Positions 10,940 to 29,236 of a stretch of 64,000 nucleotides of DNA are shown piece by piece. How positions within the stretch are numbered: position 1 is the stretch's first letter; each line of letters opens with the position of its first letter. Under the pieces are notes generated by a model that was not told the DNA's origin, made no database searches, and was given only the letters and a program-made list of their open reading frames with translations. Source of the stretch: Ancylonema sp. (Eukaryota); assembly GCA_050230475.1 (NCBI GenBank), contig JBFLGF010000161.1:1-64000 (forward strand), written 5' to 3'. The position numbers were made by a program, and so were the translations under genes.

Positions 10940-12812
10940 AGTGTGTGACATTCGTGTTGTTGGATATCCATTGTCATACATTTTGTTATTTTTTGTGTAG
11001 TAGAAGATAAATGAAGAGTTCTACCTGAATAAACATGGAAGTGACATACTATTTGCAACTTGTCAATAATAAACGTGTGTTGTTGATCTTTTTCCTCGAG
11101 AGGGTCATCATGATACGAAATTTTTGTTTTGCATACAATCAGTGTTTTCTCGCTACAAGTTTGACATCTTAAATTCATCGATATTTTGTGGCTGAGTCGT
11201 ATTCGTATTCGAATCCGATCGATATATAATCACACATCATATGTAGTACTCCGAATTTTTTTGTCGAAGTACATGATCCGGTAAGAAAAAAAATCCGGTT
11301 CTTATTCATTTTTTGGGTTTATGTTTGATTATTAAATAAAGGGGGAGTATCTGGGTTGAATATCATCAAAAGTGTACTGAAGACATACTGGCTTTTCAGA
11401 TTGGGTTTGTGAGCATTGAAAGCTATGTCGCTACGTTGTTATTTAGCCTGACAATTAGTATACATCATATCCTTTTGTTGCATGTAGAATGATCGTCTCT
11501 CGATCACATTTTGTGTACGGGCAAGTCCACATTAGCTCTATTGCTGTCGAAAAATGTGTATGTCGAGAATTTAACAAAGTCTGAACATGTAGACTCTTGA
11601 ATGTAATTGAATGAACTTGAAAAGTATGGCGTATTGTATTCCGAATGTGCATGATTAATGTACAAGCATTAAACCCATATACCAATAGCCCATAAACACA
11701 ATGTCCTAACATTGTGTTAAGCGTTGTGACTAATTGGTCCACAATCAGATGGACTTTTTCCTAACCAGATCGATGATGGAATCGACAATGAGAAGTGCCA
11801 TCTGCTATCGATGTTACCAAACATGCAGCAAATGCCACATCAAAATTATTTAGAATATACTGATTCCATTCCAATCAACCCCAGCCCAACCCAATACCGT
11901 CTAATATTCAATTTGGTATGTTGCAATCATCTCTCACACGCACTTTAACCTACTATACTTATCATTTTGCCATGGGAAATTATAATCGTGTGTGACAGGA
12001 TTTGAGCCGATAAGCTTTTAGACATGGGCAGAATAGTATACCCATATCAATGACTGATACTTACGTTTCGACGTAAATGTCGCCGAGTAGCATAAGTGAG
12101 AAAATATACACATCTGAAAAAGCGTGGGACATATCTTCCAATCCTCCTTTTATCAAAGTAAACTATAATGTGTCTGTTTGATGTCGACTACATTCTCTCC
12201 CACACGGTTTTTCATCATTTGTAGATCATCAATTATCATGTTTATCGTCCCAGACTTGTTTCGTAAATGGCATGGAGGTCCATGCCCTCCCAAGCCCTGT
12301 GCACACAATTTCTGATTTTTTAGGGTTATTTCGTAATACAAGCATGTCTATGGCTGCTAGTTGACGCCTTGTCACAACCCTTTGAACCACCTTCGTTATT
12401 ATGTGGTCGAGTAATTATTGTTGACCCATGCATTAGTTGGTGTTACATTGTGAGTATCGTGAGACCAACACCAAGTCGATAGGGAGTGAAACTTAATCTA
12501 GAGAGAGAAACTTTGAGTACGGATAACAGACACCTCTTCGATCAACACAAACAAACCTTGTGATAGTGTGAAGTGGCCACTTGATCGCGTCCCTATGTCA
12601 TGCATTCTGTTTTTCATAATCTCAATCCCATAATCAAGGCAAAATACAAGTAGCCCTTCAAAACTGACAAGCCAAGCATGTGGCTTATAAACCTCAAGAG
12701 GACAAAAACCATTGGCTCCTACAAACAACTGTCGATATTGTTGTCACTTAGGTAACAACTGGCCCCAACCCCGGGTCTCTAACGAAGTCTAGACCATTCC
12801 ATTCCCAACCAT

Positions 12813-15800
12813 TCATCCCTTCTGTTTCAATGTGATCTTGTCCCCCAAGCTTAGAGCAATGCCCTGGGTCTTGCTTCGAATGCGAATGTATCCTCCTAGC
12901 TTCCCATCTGGCTGCTTCTCCACGCTCACATTCACGAGCGCGTCTTCTCCAAACACACTCTTGGCGTACAAGTTAGCCGCCAAAAACCCGCACTCGCCAT
13001 CCAAGGCAGAACTGCAAGAGGGACGAGGACTCTGTTTAATGGTGGCATCTCACCAACAAATGTCCCCAACACGGCATGGCATGAAAGAAGAGGAGAATGT
13101 GCTTTCCACACTCCTAAAACGAGACGGAAGATAGACCCAGAATGAAATAAACTATTTGAGCTCCCAGCACTCGGCACAAGGCTCCCCACAAGGCTCCCCA
13201 CACACAAAACGCAGCTCGGAACGCTAGCTTGGAGCACGCTCATCCCTATTCGCACGTATGTTCCCATCCCGCACACAGCAAATTCCTTACGGCGGCGTGA
13301 GGCACTTCATGTTGGTGGAGGCCACGATGTGCTGCAGAAACTCGTGCGTGTCCGCGATGGACGTGTTCACCGCCACCTGTCATCCATACAAGCCAGAGTT
13401 GAGCCGCAGAAACAGCATGAGGGGCAACTCCTCCACGATTCAGAGGTGTGGATAAGAGAGCCTCACCTTGTTTTCCCATTCGAACTCGGCCCACCTGTTC
13501 CGGAACGCCACGTCAGCGCAGTGGGCGGGGGAGATGTAGTCCATGATGTCGATGTGGATGTCGTTTAAGACCACCACGTTGCGGTCCAACACACTCGTGC
13601 CCTCGTACACAATGGTCCCGAAAATCACCCCTGTCTCTGTGGACGACACCTGGCGCATTCAGGAGAAGGGGACGTTGGTGAGGGAGACTATTTTAAGTGT
13701 GATGCAAGCAACTGCTCCATGGCCAATGAGTGGGCGGGTGTGGGTGCGGCTTTGACAACACTCATTCCCCGGCACAACAAACAAAAAACGAACCCCTGTT
13801 CATGTCAGCCCCACCTTGATGTTGGCTCGAATGGCTTTGCTCTTCTCGGGCGCCAGCGTGTAGTTCTGCGGCCTCTCCACCAGCTTCAGATCCCCCATGG
13901 TGGCCAACTCCAGGCACAGGTTCTGCAGCGTCTCGTTCGTCCTGTTCACTACAGTCACATCCAGCACGATGTCATACTGGTGCACAGTCACATACGCCTC
14001 CGCGTACACCGGGTCGCTGAACCCCGTGAGCTGCAGCACGCGGTTCAGCTTGCGGTTACTCTCCCCGTCTCGCGAGAAGTCCCCTGTGGCCCTCTTCAGG
14101 TCGCTCTGGACCTCATCTTCCAGCTCCAGCTGACTCATACCCTGCCCACATCCCCACCCACCCCCTCTCAGCGGATAAGAGGCTGTGGAGATGGCTGCGG
14201 ATGGCGTGAAGGTCTACAGACTGACAGTGGAGGGCTCAACGAATCAGAAACACACACCTACTGGTACCATCACCCAAAAGGGCTTCACATGCCCATGCCT
14301 TTATATAGTGCTGGCGCGTATAGGATGCCCGAATATTGTCTGCCAGTCATGCAAGCGGCTGCGGGACTCCAGCGGGGCATACCTTTCTGCTCTTGAGGTG
14401 GTAGAAGTCGATGAGGTCGTCTGGCTGCGCCACGGACACTTGTGCTTTGGCCTTGGTGTCCTCCAGGTCGCGGTGCTGCTTCTCTGCGACCATCTTCGCA
14501 AAGGCGTGGCGGCAGTACTTGAGCCAGACCAGGCGCATCACTGAGGTGGGGTTGGAGAGGATGCGGAGGCACAGACTGATCCTGTCGTACGAGTCGTCGT
14601 CAATGGGGTGCTGCAGAGCAGTGGATTGCCCGAGCCGCAGCATGGACACCAGGTACAGCATCACATCCGCTGTTGCCTGCAAGCCGAGGGAGGATGTCGG
14701 TTCAGGCCTGAGATGGCACACACTTCTCACCCCTCTGCCGCCACTTACCCCATTCACCGCCGTTTTGTCACTCTGCAGCTCTTCCAGGCGGAGCACCAGC
14801 TTTGTGAGAGAAGTAGCCACGACGGCGCCTAGGAAGAAGTCTCCGGTCAGCAGCAATGCCCGCAGGTTGGCTATAGCACCTGCTCCCGCAACCACGGTTG
14901 GAGCGAGGGTGACTTCTGCTGCTGCGCTCTGCGTTGCGTACGTCCCGTCAGCCAGCACTGCGGGTCTCTTGGAGGAGGCGATGGGTCCAGGCACAGCTGT
15001 CAGTCCTGGAGAGGCTCCTGGAGCCCTGGACTCTGTACCCGCCTCTGGGGCCTCTTCTGCCGCTACATAGAAGGGGAGCTCTCCTAGAGACTGCTTGATC
15101 GTTCCAATGCCCAGTTCGACATCGGCAATCGAGTGGCAGTACTCTCCAACGATCCAGAGGGCGCAGGAGCAGACGCGGGAGGAGCGGATCTGGTAGAACG
15201 TGTCGAGCAAGCGTGCCATGATGGATTCCTGCAGCTTCGGGTTGGTCTCGATGATCTCTCGGACAAAGAAAACAACATCCAACGCAGAGGCAACGTTCTG
15301 CAGCCAGAGAATGAGTGAAATTCTTTCATGAGAACGGTGAAGACTCTGCACATCAGCGGCATGTAAGCTAGAAGCAGACAAAAGACGAGTGGAGACAGCT
15401 GCTCAAATGTGACATGGATGGCGATAAACTAGACGATGCAAGGCAGTGTTAAAAGCGAGAGATGATCAAAAGTGTAGAGCAAGCCAAAGCCAGGTCACCG
15501 CCGAGGTTTAAGCTCACCTGGTCGCCCAAGAAGTCCATGAGGAGATGGACTACTGAGCCAGCCACGTCCGGAAACTTGATGGCACAGGAATGAATAGCCT
15601 GCACAAGCATCTGTCTATACTCGCCGATCTTCTCCAGCTCCTTGTTCTGTGTCTTCACCACCTCCTTCTTCAGCGTCTGCACCACCTCGTCGATGTTGCG
15701 CGGGGTGATGAGGTCCAAGGCAATGTCGAGTGTCTTCCTCCGAATATCCATGTTAGGACTGGCCAGAGCTCTGAGAACGTCCATGATCATCTCCACCATC

Positions 15801-16744
15801 ACGTCCCTGTGGTTGGTCTTCAGTTCCTGGAGCCGGTCTAAAACGATGAGCTTCACATTGTTGTCGCTCTGAGAGAGGAGCAGCTGGCAGTAGCAGTTGG
15901 CAGCCGCTCGGATGGCAGTGGGGGCAGAGGATAGGGCTGTGAGAGTGCTGGCGCATTCGTAGACCACAGCAGTAGAAGTCGAGGACAGCAAGGAGAGAAT
16001 GATTTTGATGTATTTGCCCTTTTCCGCGGGATTGGATCTGCACACTTTCCGAATGAGCTCAAGCACCGCCATCTGCATAATATCACTCCAGAGAGGTACG
16101 TTCTCGAGGTTGCTGAGAAGGTAGTGGGTGGCACGCTCCTGAGAGCAGTTGCAGAGCATCAAAAAGGCATTGCGCTTGGACGATAGGTCCTGCTCCGAGC
16201 CCAGAAATTTGTCGACCATCTCCGGAGCATCTTGTAGCAGTTGCTCTCCCTGAGGCAGCTTGTAGATGCACATGATGCACAGGACGGCATTCGTCCGGAC
16301 GAATGGGTGCCTGTGGTCAATGTTGGCCACGATGGATGGGATGAGGGGCTCCAGCAGCTCAGTCTCTTGCAATCTACATAGGAAACGGAGGGTAACACCT
16401 CTGAGGTACTCGTTCGGATGCTGCAAGTTGTTGCGCAGATTCTGGCATACCAATATCATTTCCGGTAAAATCTTTCCCTGCGCATCGGTCTTATCTATGA
16501 TCTCCAGGTAGAGAAGAAGGAGCTTTTGGATGGTGTGGTCGTCCGAGGGTAGAACGTATCGAACGATGGTGATGAAAAGTTGAGGAATCTGCTCGTTATT
16601 TAACAGCAGCATAATCGCCTTCTTCATGGCTTCCTGCTTTCGCATCGTGTCACCTCCCTCCAGCGCCTCCTTGATTTCATTGGTAAGAGCTGGAGTACCT
16701 TTGTCAAAGTGTACCAGCAAAGTTGCACTTTTCTCGAGCGCCAT
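12813..16744 (-). CDS. COPB1: Coatomer subunit beta (beta-COP), multi-exon
   Basis: N-terminus [16 protein letters not shown]...[33 protein letters not shown]; internal [49 protein letters not shown]-terminus [19 protein letters not shown]...[23 protein letters not shown]. Exon 1 is 16744-15518, exon 2 is 15297-14749. Confidence 0.97.
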
Positions 16745-18167
16745 TGCGAGAACCTAATCCTTCTTTACAATGGCTAAAAAGTGGTAGATTCCCCAGCACC
16801 ACTAGTAGGGAGATGCTGGCAATGCCGCTCCTCTCAACGTTGATCACTAACCTAAACCTTCGTAGGTTTTTCCATCCAAAGCTCTCTGTCAGGTGCCTGA
16901 CAGTATAGACCTCTCGGTGAGCGGGGACGGTATACTGATCCTTCGCCAACCCGTTCGAAACAAATCGGAAGAAATTGCTCAGACGGGGACTCGCACGAGC
17001 GGTCAACACAGAGAACGTCCGGTACCGTGTACCGGGGAAAAAAACCGGTACTGTACACGGAATTACACCGTGTCAGAGCCAGAAAAATAAACACGTGTTT
17101 CAAATATCACTTGTCTGTATAACTGTACGGAGACGGATATCCCTGCACCAGGAAAACACTGCAGGAAAACAAAATGATAGCGAGGAGTCGTCAAGACGAT
17201 AGAACACTGAAGCTGTGAGCAGGGTTGCTGATATCCTTAAACTCCAATATTATCATCGTCACGAATTTGCACGCTACATATTGTATGGTGGGACTAGGAA
17301 GAGATGTAATGGAGACCTTGAGAATGTACCGGTAGTCGACTCTGGCAACGGACAATATATCGGCAGGGTGGGAGCATTGATCGGAAACTCTCCACCTGCA
17401 TTCGCATATCAAAATTTCTCTTCGATTCGAGAGATACTGTATCTCGTGTAGTGTTCTGTTATTTATAATCGCTTGTTGTTTCACATTCAGCGAGTCTTTT
17501 AAATTTACCGGCTCAACTGCAGCAATGTCATCACCGGAAACTGAGAGATCAAAACGGCGAAAGCAAAGTCGTCGTTCACGGTAAGATATGCTAGTATGAA
17601 AAATGAATTCTGGATCAACCATGAGAGTCAGGGCGCTCAAAACATACCTCAAAAAAAAAAAAGTAAAAAAGTCGAGCAGTAGATCCTTTCTCGCTTCCTT
17701 ACCTCGCACATCCTTAACGTCGTAAATATACACGTCTTCGAGTCACTCATAGGTACCTCACAATGATGTCGTTCCCACCCTGACCGGTAGTGGGCGGTGT
17801 CTGCCATTGGAGGTGATATTAAATTGACTCATTTCCAGAGGCTGTCGTGTAAAATGCATCGACAGGGATTGGGCAGATTGTCTTGTGTTCCTTACTCCGA
17901 AAAATACTCTCCAATTCAGTCATGTTGGAGTATCAACTGGGGAATGAAAGAAGTCGGGCTGAGATTGAATCGGAGCAGGGTTCCAAATGCATTCATTTCC
18001 ACACTTCATCTACTAGCTGGCAGAGACCGATTCATGATACTGACAGACTGAATCGTAAATTATCGTAAATCTTAAATAAATAAATAAACTAACTACCGAA
18101 GTCAAAATCGAGTGCACCGTCGTCGTCTGAAGCCCCATGCGTGTGACACTTTTGTGGCAACGCTCAG

Positions 18168-21100
18168 TGACGACTCCCCCCCAAGGCGCAGTAGAGAGTC
18201 GCCCAAAAGAAGAAGAGACCCTCCAGGAGCCATGCAGGGGATGCCAGCGGATATCGAAACTAGTTCCAGAGAGCCTGGTGACGAATCCATAGTCGCCATG
18301 GAAGAAGCTGCTAAACAGCTGGCAGCAAAGGAGGAAAGTAAGGTGAGGCATTACTCTCCCTCCCTCCTCACAACTGCCCGAAGAATGAATCACAGTTTGC
18401 TGAGAGGCTTGTTGTCAGCCCTCCTTCTGATTCTGGGACCTGTCCCAGAGTGCATGAAGGGGGAGTGGTCAAGACTTGACCATTTGGGCAATGCACTGCA
18501 ACAACTACGTCAACCCATTGTCCCTTCCTTCCCCTGAGGGCCTTGCCAATGTGTTGTCCATGTAGTAATTTGTGAGCGCAGTAAACAAAGCCACAAAATG
18601 AGCGGGCACGTTGTCATCGTCAGTGCCATTTCGACATGCGGGCCTACTGCGCTGACCGTGTCATGCTCTGCTCTGATCACACTTGAGCTGACCATCTGTA
18701 GCAGTTGCACCATCTGTAGGTGACCATCTGGAGGTGTAGATGTTGATTTAGGAACACTCATTTTTTTCCCCCCATGCATGCACACATCCAGATGAAAGAT
18801 GGGATGACAATCAGCAAACCACATCGATTGAACATAGATCACTTACAAAATGAGTCTTTCATCAGACATGAGTACCACTGCAGTCATGAGGTGATCACAA
18901 CAATCAAAAGGTTTATTTCAAACTTTGCGCTCACATCCACGATGATCCGCTTCAAGTCCAATCGTATTCAAGCCATCAAGCCATCAAGCATTCATGGTGT
19001 GGCAATGCGTGTATTTGGGTGTGTGTGAATGTGGTTCAGATCCAGCCCACCTTCGGACTCTCTGGCAAGCTGGCAGAGGAGACAAACAAAGTGCGCGGCA
19101 TCGCTCTCCAGTTCGTGGAGCCGCCCGAAGCGCGTAAACCAACGACTCGCTGGCGATTCTACGTGTTCAAGGATGGGGAGGCAATGAAAGGTGAGGCGGT
19201 GGCGGGGCGTGGGGCACACAGGCAAAAACAAGAGTCAAGGATAAAGGGTCAAGGATCTAGCCGTAGGGGAGCAGTCAAAGATGAGTCTGACGCGCACGGG
19301 TGTCCTGGAGCAGGTCATGATGCTTGTTCAATCATGCTTCCGAGTTCAGGTTCGAGTCCAGTGTTAGCAATGGATTCAGGTCCAGGTTCAGGTTCAGGTT
19401 CGGGTTTTGGTTCGGGTTCAGGTTCAGGTTCGGGTTTTGGTTCGGGTTCGGGTTTTGGTTCGGGTTCGGGTTCAGGTTCGGGTTCAGTCTTTCCATGCAA
19501 GAAGGCACATCCAGAAATGTTCAAACTAGCAGGTCTGGGTTTTGGGGTTTTAGGGTTTTAGGGTTTCAGGGGTTCAAGATTGAGGGTCCAGGGGTTCAGT
19601 CGCGGGTTGAGAGGAACAGGTTCGAGTGGCCTCAATAGCGGGTGAGGCTATTCACACATGCTGGGGTGGTCGAAACCGTTGGGCGGATACGTTAACTGCC
19701 CCTGGGTCAATGATGAGTGTGGTTGACTGTGCTCTGGTGGTTGAATGCAGAGCCGCTGTATATACATAGGCAGACATGTTATCTATTTGGACGGGAAAGG
19801 AGGGTGAGAAGCCGAATCCGAATCCGAATCCGACTTTGAATCAAAATTCGAATGCAGAGGAGCATGCCTGGACTTGACCCTCTCTGTGTTTGTTGTTGCA
19901 TGTGATGAGATGGCTGGGGGGGGGGCTGGGGGGTGGGAGGTTGCAGATAGCAGATGTTCCGACCGACCATCCCTCCTGCAGCAAGCAGCACGCTGTTCTG
20001 CAGTATAGGTACGGAAGCTGGGTGGAGGAGGGGATTAGAAGGACTGTGTGTAGGCGGCGGCCATGGATGGCTAGTGGGTTGGTTGACTGCTTGTTGTTGG
20101 TGTGGGTGCTGCAGGGAAGTGGAGGTGGAGGGGGCTGACATGATGCTCAAAAAAGTTGTCAAGTAAGGACCACGTCTTATTGCTAATCACTGTCTCTGCC
20201 TTGCATCATCCCTGGTCCCTTGCATGCGTTCGGCATCAGACGGGATCAGAATCGGAGTCCGCAATTTGGACAGGCTGCGCATATGGAGTGGGGGGGGTTG
20301 GAATGTATATGACATGTGAAATGTGAAATATGTCTCACTACTGCAATGTGAAGTTGGGGTTGTGATGTGGGTCGCCGTTCTAATACTGTGAGCAGCTCCA
20401 AAAGTTGGGTTTCCGAATGTCACGCATGTTGCCTTCTTTCTTGTTTGGTGCAGGCCGTATGTTATGGATTTAGGGAGCACTAACGGAACACATATAAATG
20501 TAAGAGGCTGGGGGGGGGGGGTGGTGGGAGGAGGGACAGGCAATGAGGTTGTATAATTGCACCGTTATGGATGATATGTTCACCTATCAACAGGAGATGA
20601 AGCACCTCTATTGTGTGATCTGTCTCATGGAGGTCTTGCTCGATTATGTGATTTCGGTCCATTATAGTCGAGTGAAGCTGTGACACATCACTGTATCCTT
20701 TTCTTGTGGGACTTTAAAAAGAAGGTTGAGAATGGAAGGGAGCGTTTGAGTAGGAGTGTGAAATAGCAATTGCTGCTGAGTGGGTACGAGGAAGCTCATC
20801 GAGAAAGGTGTTTTTTGGATGGGTTGTGGATTTAGGGTGATCGAATAGAGGCCCAACGATATTATGAGCTCATGGAGAAAGACACCGTCAAATTTGGGAA
20901 TAGCAGGTGAGCAATCTGAGGCAAAGGGGGATCGGAAAATCGTAATACAGAGTGGATGATGAAGTAATCAAAGGATTTAGTTGAATAAAATGCCAAAGTC
21001 ATACGGTTTTGAGTATAATTGAGTCATTTTATACACATCAAGCCATGACAACATTGATGTGCAGAGGAATCCAATGCATGTGCATGTGGGGAAAACGGTT

Positions 21101-21301
21101 ATCATGGAGATGACTCTTTAAGATGAAACACCTCAAGCAAGCATATGCAAGTGACATGCAGTGATCTACATACAATGTCTAATTAAAGCAATTAAACGAA
21201 GTTTGATTCAACAACATGTGTGAGGCTAACCATTGAAAATTGTTGGGATTTTGCTGTGCAGTCGAGAATATGTTTTGTTGCAAGAAAAATCTGCCGGGTA
21301 G
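18168..21301 (+). CDS. DDL: FHA-domain protein DAWDLE/SNIP1 (Pml1-like); 5' start not resolved
   Basis: Spliced exons give [19 protein letters not shown] / [41 protein letters not shown] / [17 protein letters not shown] / [21 protein letters not shown] / [15 protein letters not shown] / [22 protein letters not shown] / [12 protein letters not shown] (last exon 21262-21301). Confidence 0.95.
19376..19572. repeat. Intronic (GGTTCR)n hexamer array followed by degenerate telomere-like TTTTAGGG units
   Basis: ggttcaggttcgggttttggttcg... 19376-19488; gggttttggggttttagggttttagggtttcagggg ~19537-19572. Confidence 0.85.
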
Positions 21302-21458
21302 AGGAGGAGCAAGGGTGCGAGTAGTGTCGTCACAAGCGATTACAATCGTTTGTAATTGATTGTCTATCTGTTTATAACGGACATGGACTCTCATCACGTC
21401 ATTTCAGCTCAATATTTGCAACTACCATCTGCCACTTTGTGTCAATGATCATGTTTTC

Positions 21459-22115
21459 GTGAGTATAACCAATGTTGTACCATCTAGCATCGAGTCCCTC
21501 TCACAGGTGCAATGCCATCGATATGACAAACATCACCGCCACGTGTCTCCCACACGTGCGAACTACCCGATACAACAAATAACCCTTCACATGTGTCCGC
21601 TCACAAGTGTGACACCATATCGATCGCATCCGCATTCCCGCATATGCGATGCATCTATCGTGTATCACTCTACCCAACTAGCCACCGCCAACACACACAC
21701 TAGCACTAATATTATGCCGCTCCCCAACGCCATGTGCCAAACAGAGCATGCCAGGGGCTAGGAACGTTGAGCCTCGATGTCGCTTGTCCGACGGGCGATA
21801 TGATTATCAGGTTTTCGATCGATTGAATGCCAAATGCTTCGCTTAGCCGCTTGAACAATACGTAGATAGAGTGCTCATGCAATACCAACTAAATATCAAC
21901 AACATCACCACAATGCAATCAGAGTGCAAAGGTAGCGCTCAATATTGTGGGGCACACTCTGACACGATACGGTCAGAGTGCAAAGGTTACACCGTAAGTA
22001 GTCTTGAGCATCAGCTAGGGCTAAGGACCGATGGATGTCGCGTGTGATTGATCGAGGAGCACTCGACGGCCAAACTTCCATAGAGGCACACGATCATGTA
22101 TGGACCAACACCAAC
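21459..22115 (-). repeat. Inverted copy of the dispersed repeat family, followed by a motif shared with the 1-1.6 kb tandem unit
   Basis: tagccaccgccaacacacacactagcact (~21679) is the reverse complement of agtgctagtgttgtgttggcggtggcca (~22992); gcacacgatcatgtatggaccaacacc (~22086) resembles 770-797 and 1583-1607. Confidence 0.6.
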
Positions 22116-23650
22116 AATCAACTTACATATGATTCTACCCTTCACAATACCCGATTTGCTAGGGTAGGGGTGGACGCTGAGCAATAACCCCTATGTGCCT
22201 ACATACGTGGGTACGAATATTTATCACAGTGTTTTTTTTTCGCGATAGAACGGGTCATTGAATGTAATTTGGAAAAGTCATGATTACTCCGCCAAATTCG
22301 GCACCATGTCGGGAAGACACGTCTAGGGGTATTGGGCACTACCTGTGGCACCACTTGTGCACAACTTGCGGTCGTTGGTAAAGGTCAGTAGCTCGGTGGC
22401 AAGGCCAGTGCTACCACTAGGGCTTGTATGACGTTTTAGATAACAACAAAGCTTAGCGCCAACGTTCGTGTCGTTTAGATGTACACTTGGCAGTAACTAA
22501 AGGTTTGCTACTTAGCTGTATGGCATGAGGTGCTTTGTGGCAGCTATCGATTGTATCCAGCTGTACATCCTATACGCATGTTGTCGTTATTAGAACACTT
22601 GGCTAAGAATGAAGATGCTTGCGCGTTGGTCGATAGGTGGGCACCGCGACGATCTGAGATTCTTTGGCACTTAGAAACTACACAATTTGTAATGTTTGTA
22701 CTTAAGCCTCATTCCGCCAGAGTGCATCTCGGAGACATGCTATCATTTTGAATTGGAAATATTGTGTAACTGTCGATGTGTTGAGTGTGTTTGGCTGGCA
22801 TGTGCATTTATAAAATTGTGCTGCGCATCTGAGTGTGTCATCTTGCATTCAGAGTCGACATCTTAGTAAATAACCTCTGCAACCCACCTAACGCTACGGA
22901 CACGTTTCGTTCGCCGCATGGGTACTCCCTTGCCCATAGGAAGATGATTGAGATTCAATTGGCACACGGGGATGTTAGACAACATAGTACGAGTGCTAGT
23001 GTTGTGTTGGCGGTGGCCAATTAGTCGTATTGCACGTACGGGAATGTTGATCCGGATTAGATCATGTTGCACATGTGAGCGAACACGTGTGTAGGTGAGT
23101 GTGATTTAGGACACGTGAGTTGCATATGACAGTAAAGTTCATCAGAGCTATAGCATTAAACGAGGGGGAGACACGATGTTTGATGGCACGACACCCTGCT
23201 CACGCACAAAAGTGGGGAGTCTGCTATCTGTCTAAGGATTAGCTCGAATACGCAGCAAGCCACTAAAGGTGATTGGCTTCGGTTGTGATAGGAAGGACTC
23301 ACTTAAAATGCGGGACCCATGTTTTCGTAATGTTTGGGACCGGCACATGCCTTCAACTTTCTTAACCCCTTGATGGCAAACATGCTTAAGGGGGGGCTGT
23401 ATGATAGAAAAATCGACGGGCCATGTAGTGGAGATTGTACAACAAGATGTGTCGCAAGCATAGATACGTGAGAATGCATTCAGGAGAACAACGTCCACTT
23501 TACAAAATATACACTCACTATCTAATCTCACTACCCATCAGTACTAAACGAGGAAACATCAAAACCCAATCTACTCAACTTCACACCATTCATAGGCAGG
23601 CAAATTAGAGAAAGCGATTGAAGGCCGCTTGTAGACTAATGCTTGTATGC

Positions 23651-25510
<1,860 letters not shown>

Positions 25511-27376
25511 CTTCAGTCATCGTGCTGTTGGTCTTCTAGCAGAACCTTGCACGTGTAGTCACCTCTGCTTCGTCCGATTCTCACGTCGGGGTATGTGTCG
25601 TACGATGATCGCCCCCCCAATTGCATGGAGTTCCGGTGAGTCCCGGTTGCACTACCTGAAATTTACCGATACCGCCTGAAAGCAACTTCAAACAGACAGA
25701 CACGAGTTCGACTCGGTCCCGTGTCCACGTGACTCCCAGCCTGGGTCTGGATTAAAAATCGGCTGGGCCAGCCCTTGAAGCTGCGCGATCAAAATGGGAT
25801 ATGATTCAGGGATGACAGGCAAAAAACCCAAAGCTGACCGCAGAGCATCTGCTATTCCGTCCAGCCTGGAATGCCCTCTGGGGAAAATGTGCGGGGCTCC
25901 ATTCGAAATGAGATGAGCTCAAAGCGGTTGGGAAGAGCGCGGGGTGGAACAATCTGTCTGCTTTGGACGTGACATTTTCTCACTGTCAAAGGCGCCAGGC
26001 CTTTTTGCCTTCGCCTTTGCCGCTGTATCGAGGTTGAGTTTCATGGCTGCCCAGGGTTAAAGAATTGGTATTTCTGTCACCGGGTCAATTCTTTGACTTT
26101 TGCTCTGCCACTCATCATCTGACACGGAACACAGTGCTACCACTAGGGCTTGTATGACGTTTTAGATAACAACAAAGCTTAGCGCCAACGTTCGTGTCGT
26201 TTAGATGTACACTTGGCAGTAACTAAAGGTTTGCTACTTAGCTGTATGGCATGAGGTGCTTTGTGGCAGCTATCGATTGTATCCAGCTGTACATCCTATA
26301 CGCATGTTGTCGTTATTAGAACACTTGGCTAAGAATGAAGATGCTTGCGCGTTGGTCGATAGGTGGGCACCGCGACGATCTGAGATTCTTTGGCACTTAG
26401 AAACTACACAATTTGTAATGTTTGTACTTAAGCCTCATTCCGCCAGAGTGCATCTCGGAGACATGCTATCATTTTGAATTGGAAATATTGTGTAACTGTC
26501 GATGTGTTGAGTGTGTTTGGCTGGCATGTGCATTTATAAAATTGTGCTGCGCATCTGAGTGTGTCATCTTGCATTCAGAGTCGACATCTTAGTAAATAAC
26601 CTCTGCAACCCACCTAACGCTACGGACACGTTTCGTTCGCCGCATGGGTACTCCCTTGCCCATAGGAAGATGATTGAGATTCAATTGGCACACGGGGATG
26701 TTAGACAACATAGTACGAGTGCTAGTGTTGTGTTGGCGGTGGCCAATTAGTCGTATTGCACGTACGGGAATGTTGATCCGGATTAGATCATGTTGCACAT
26801 GTGAGCGAACACGTGTGTAGGTGAGTGTGATTTAGGACACGTGAGTTGCATATGACAGTAAAGTTCATCAGAGCTATAGCATTAAACGAGGGGGAGACAC
26901 GATGTTTGATGGCACGACACCCTGCTCACGCACAAAAGTGGGGAGTCTGCTATCTGTCTAAGGATTAGCTCGAATACGCAGCAAGCCACTAAAGGTGATT
27001 GGCTTCGGTTGTGATAGGAAGGACTCACTTAAAATGCGGGACCCATGTTTTCGTAATGTTTGGGACCGGCACATGCCTTCAACTTTCTTAACCCCTTGAT
27101 GGCAAACATGCTTAAGGGGGGGCTGTATGATAGAAAAATCGACGGGCCATGTAGTGGAGATTGTACAACAAGATGTGTCGCAAGCATAGATACGTGAGAA
27201 TGCATTCAGGAGAACAACGTCCACTTTACAAAATATACACTCACTATCTAATCTCACTACCCATCAGTACTAAACGAGGAAACATCAAAACCCAATCTAC
27301 TCAACTTCACACCATTCATAGGCAGGCAAATTAGAGAAAGCGATTGAAGGCCGCTTGTAGACTAATGCTTGTATGC

Positions 27377-29236
<1,860 letters not shown>

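Noticed and set aside
16893..17560. Shared peptide DLSVSGD in two opposite-strand ORFs
   Set aside because: Only 7 residues, low nucleotide identity and no extension; treated as coincidence
19315..19638. GSGSG/PEPEP/RFRF repeat proteins
   Set aside because: Translations of an intronic hexamer repeat; DDL splices around it
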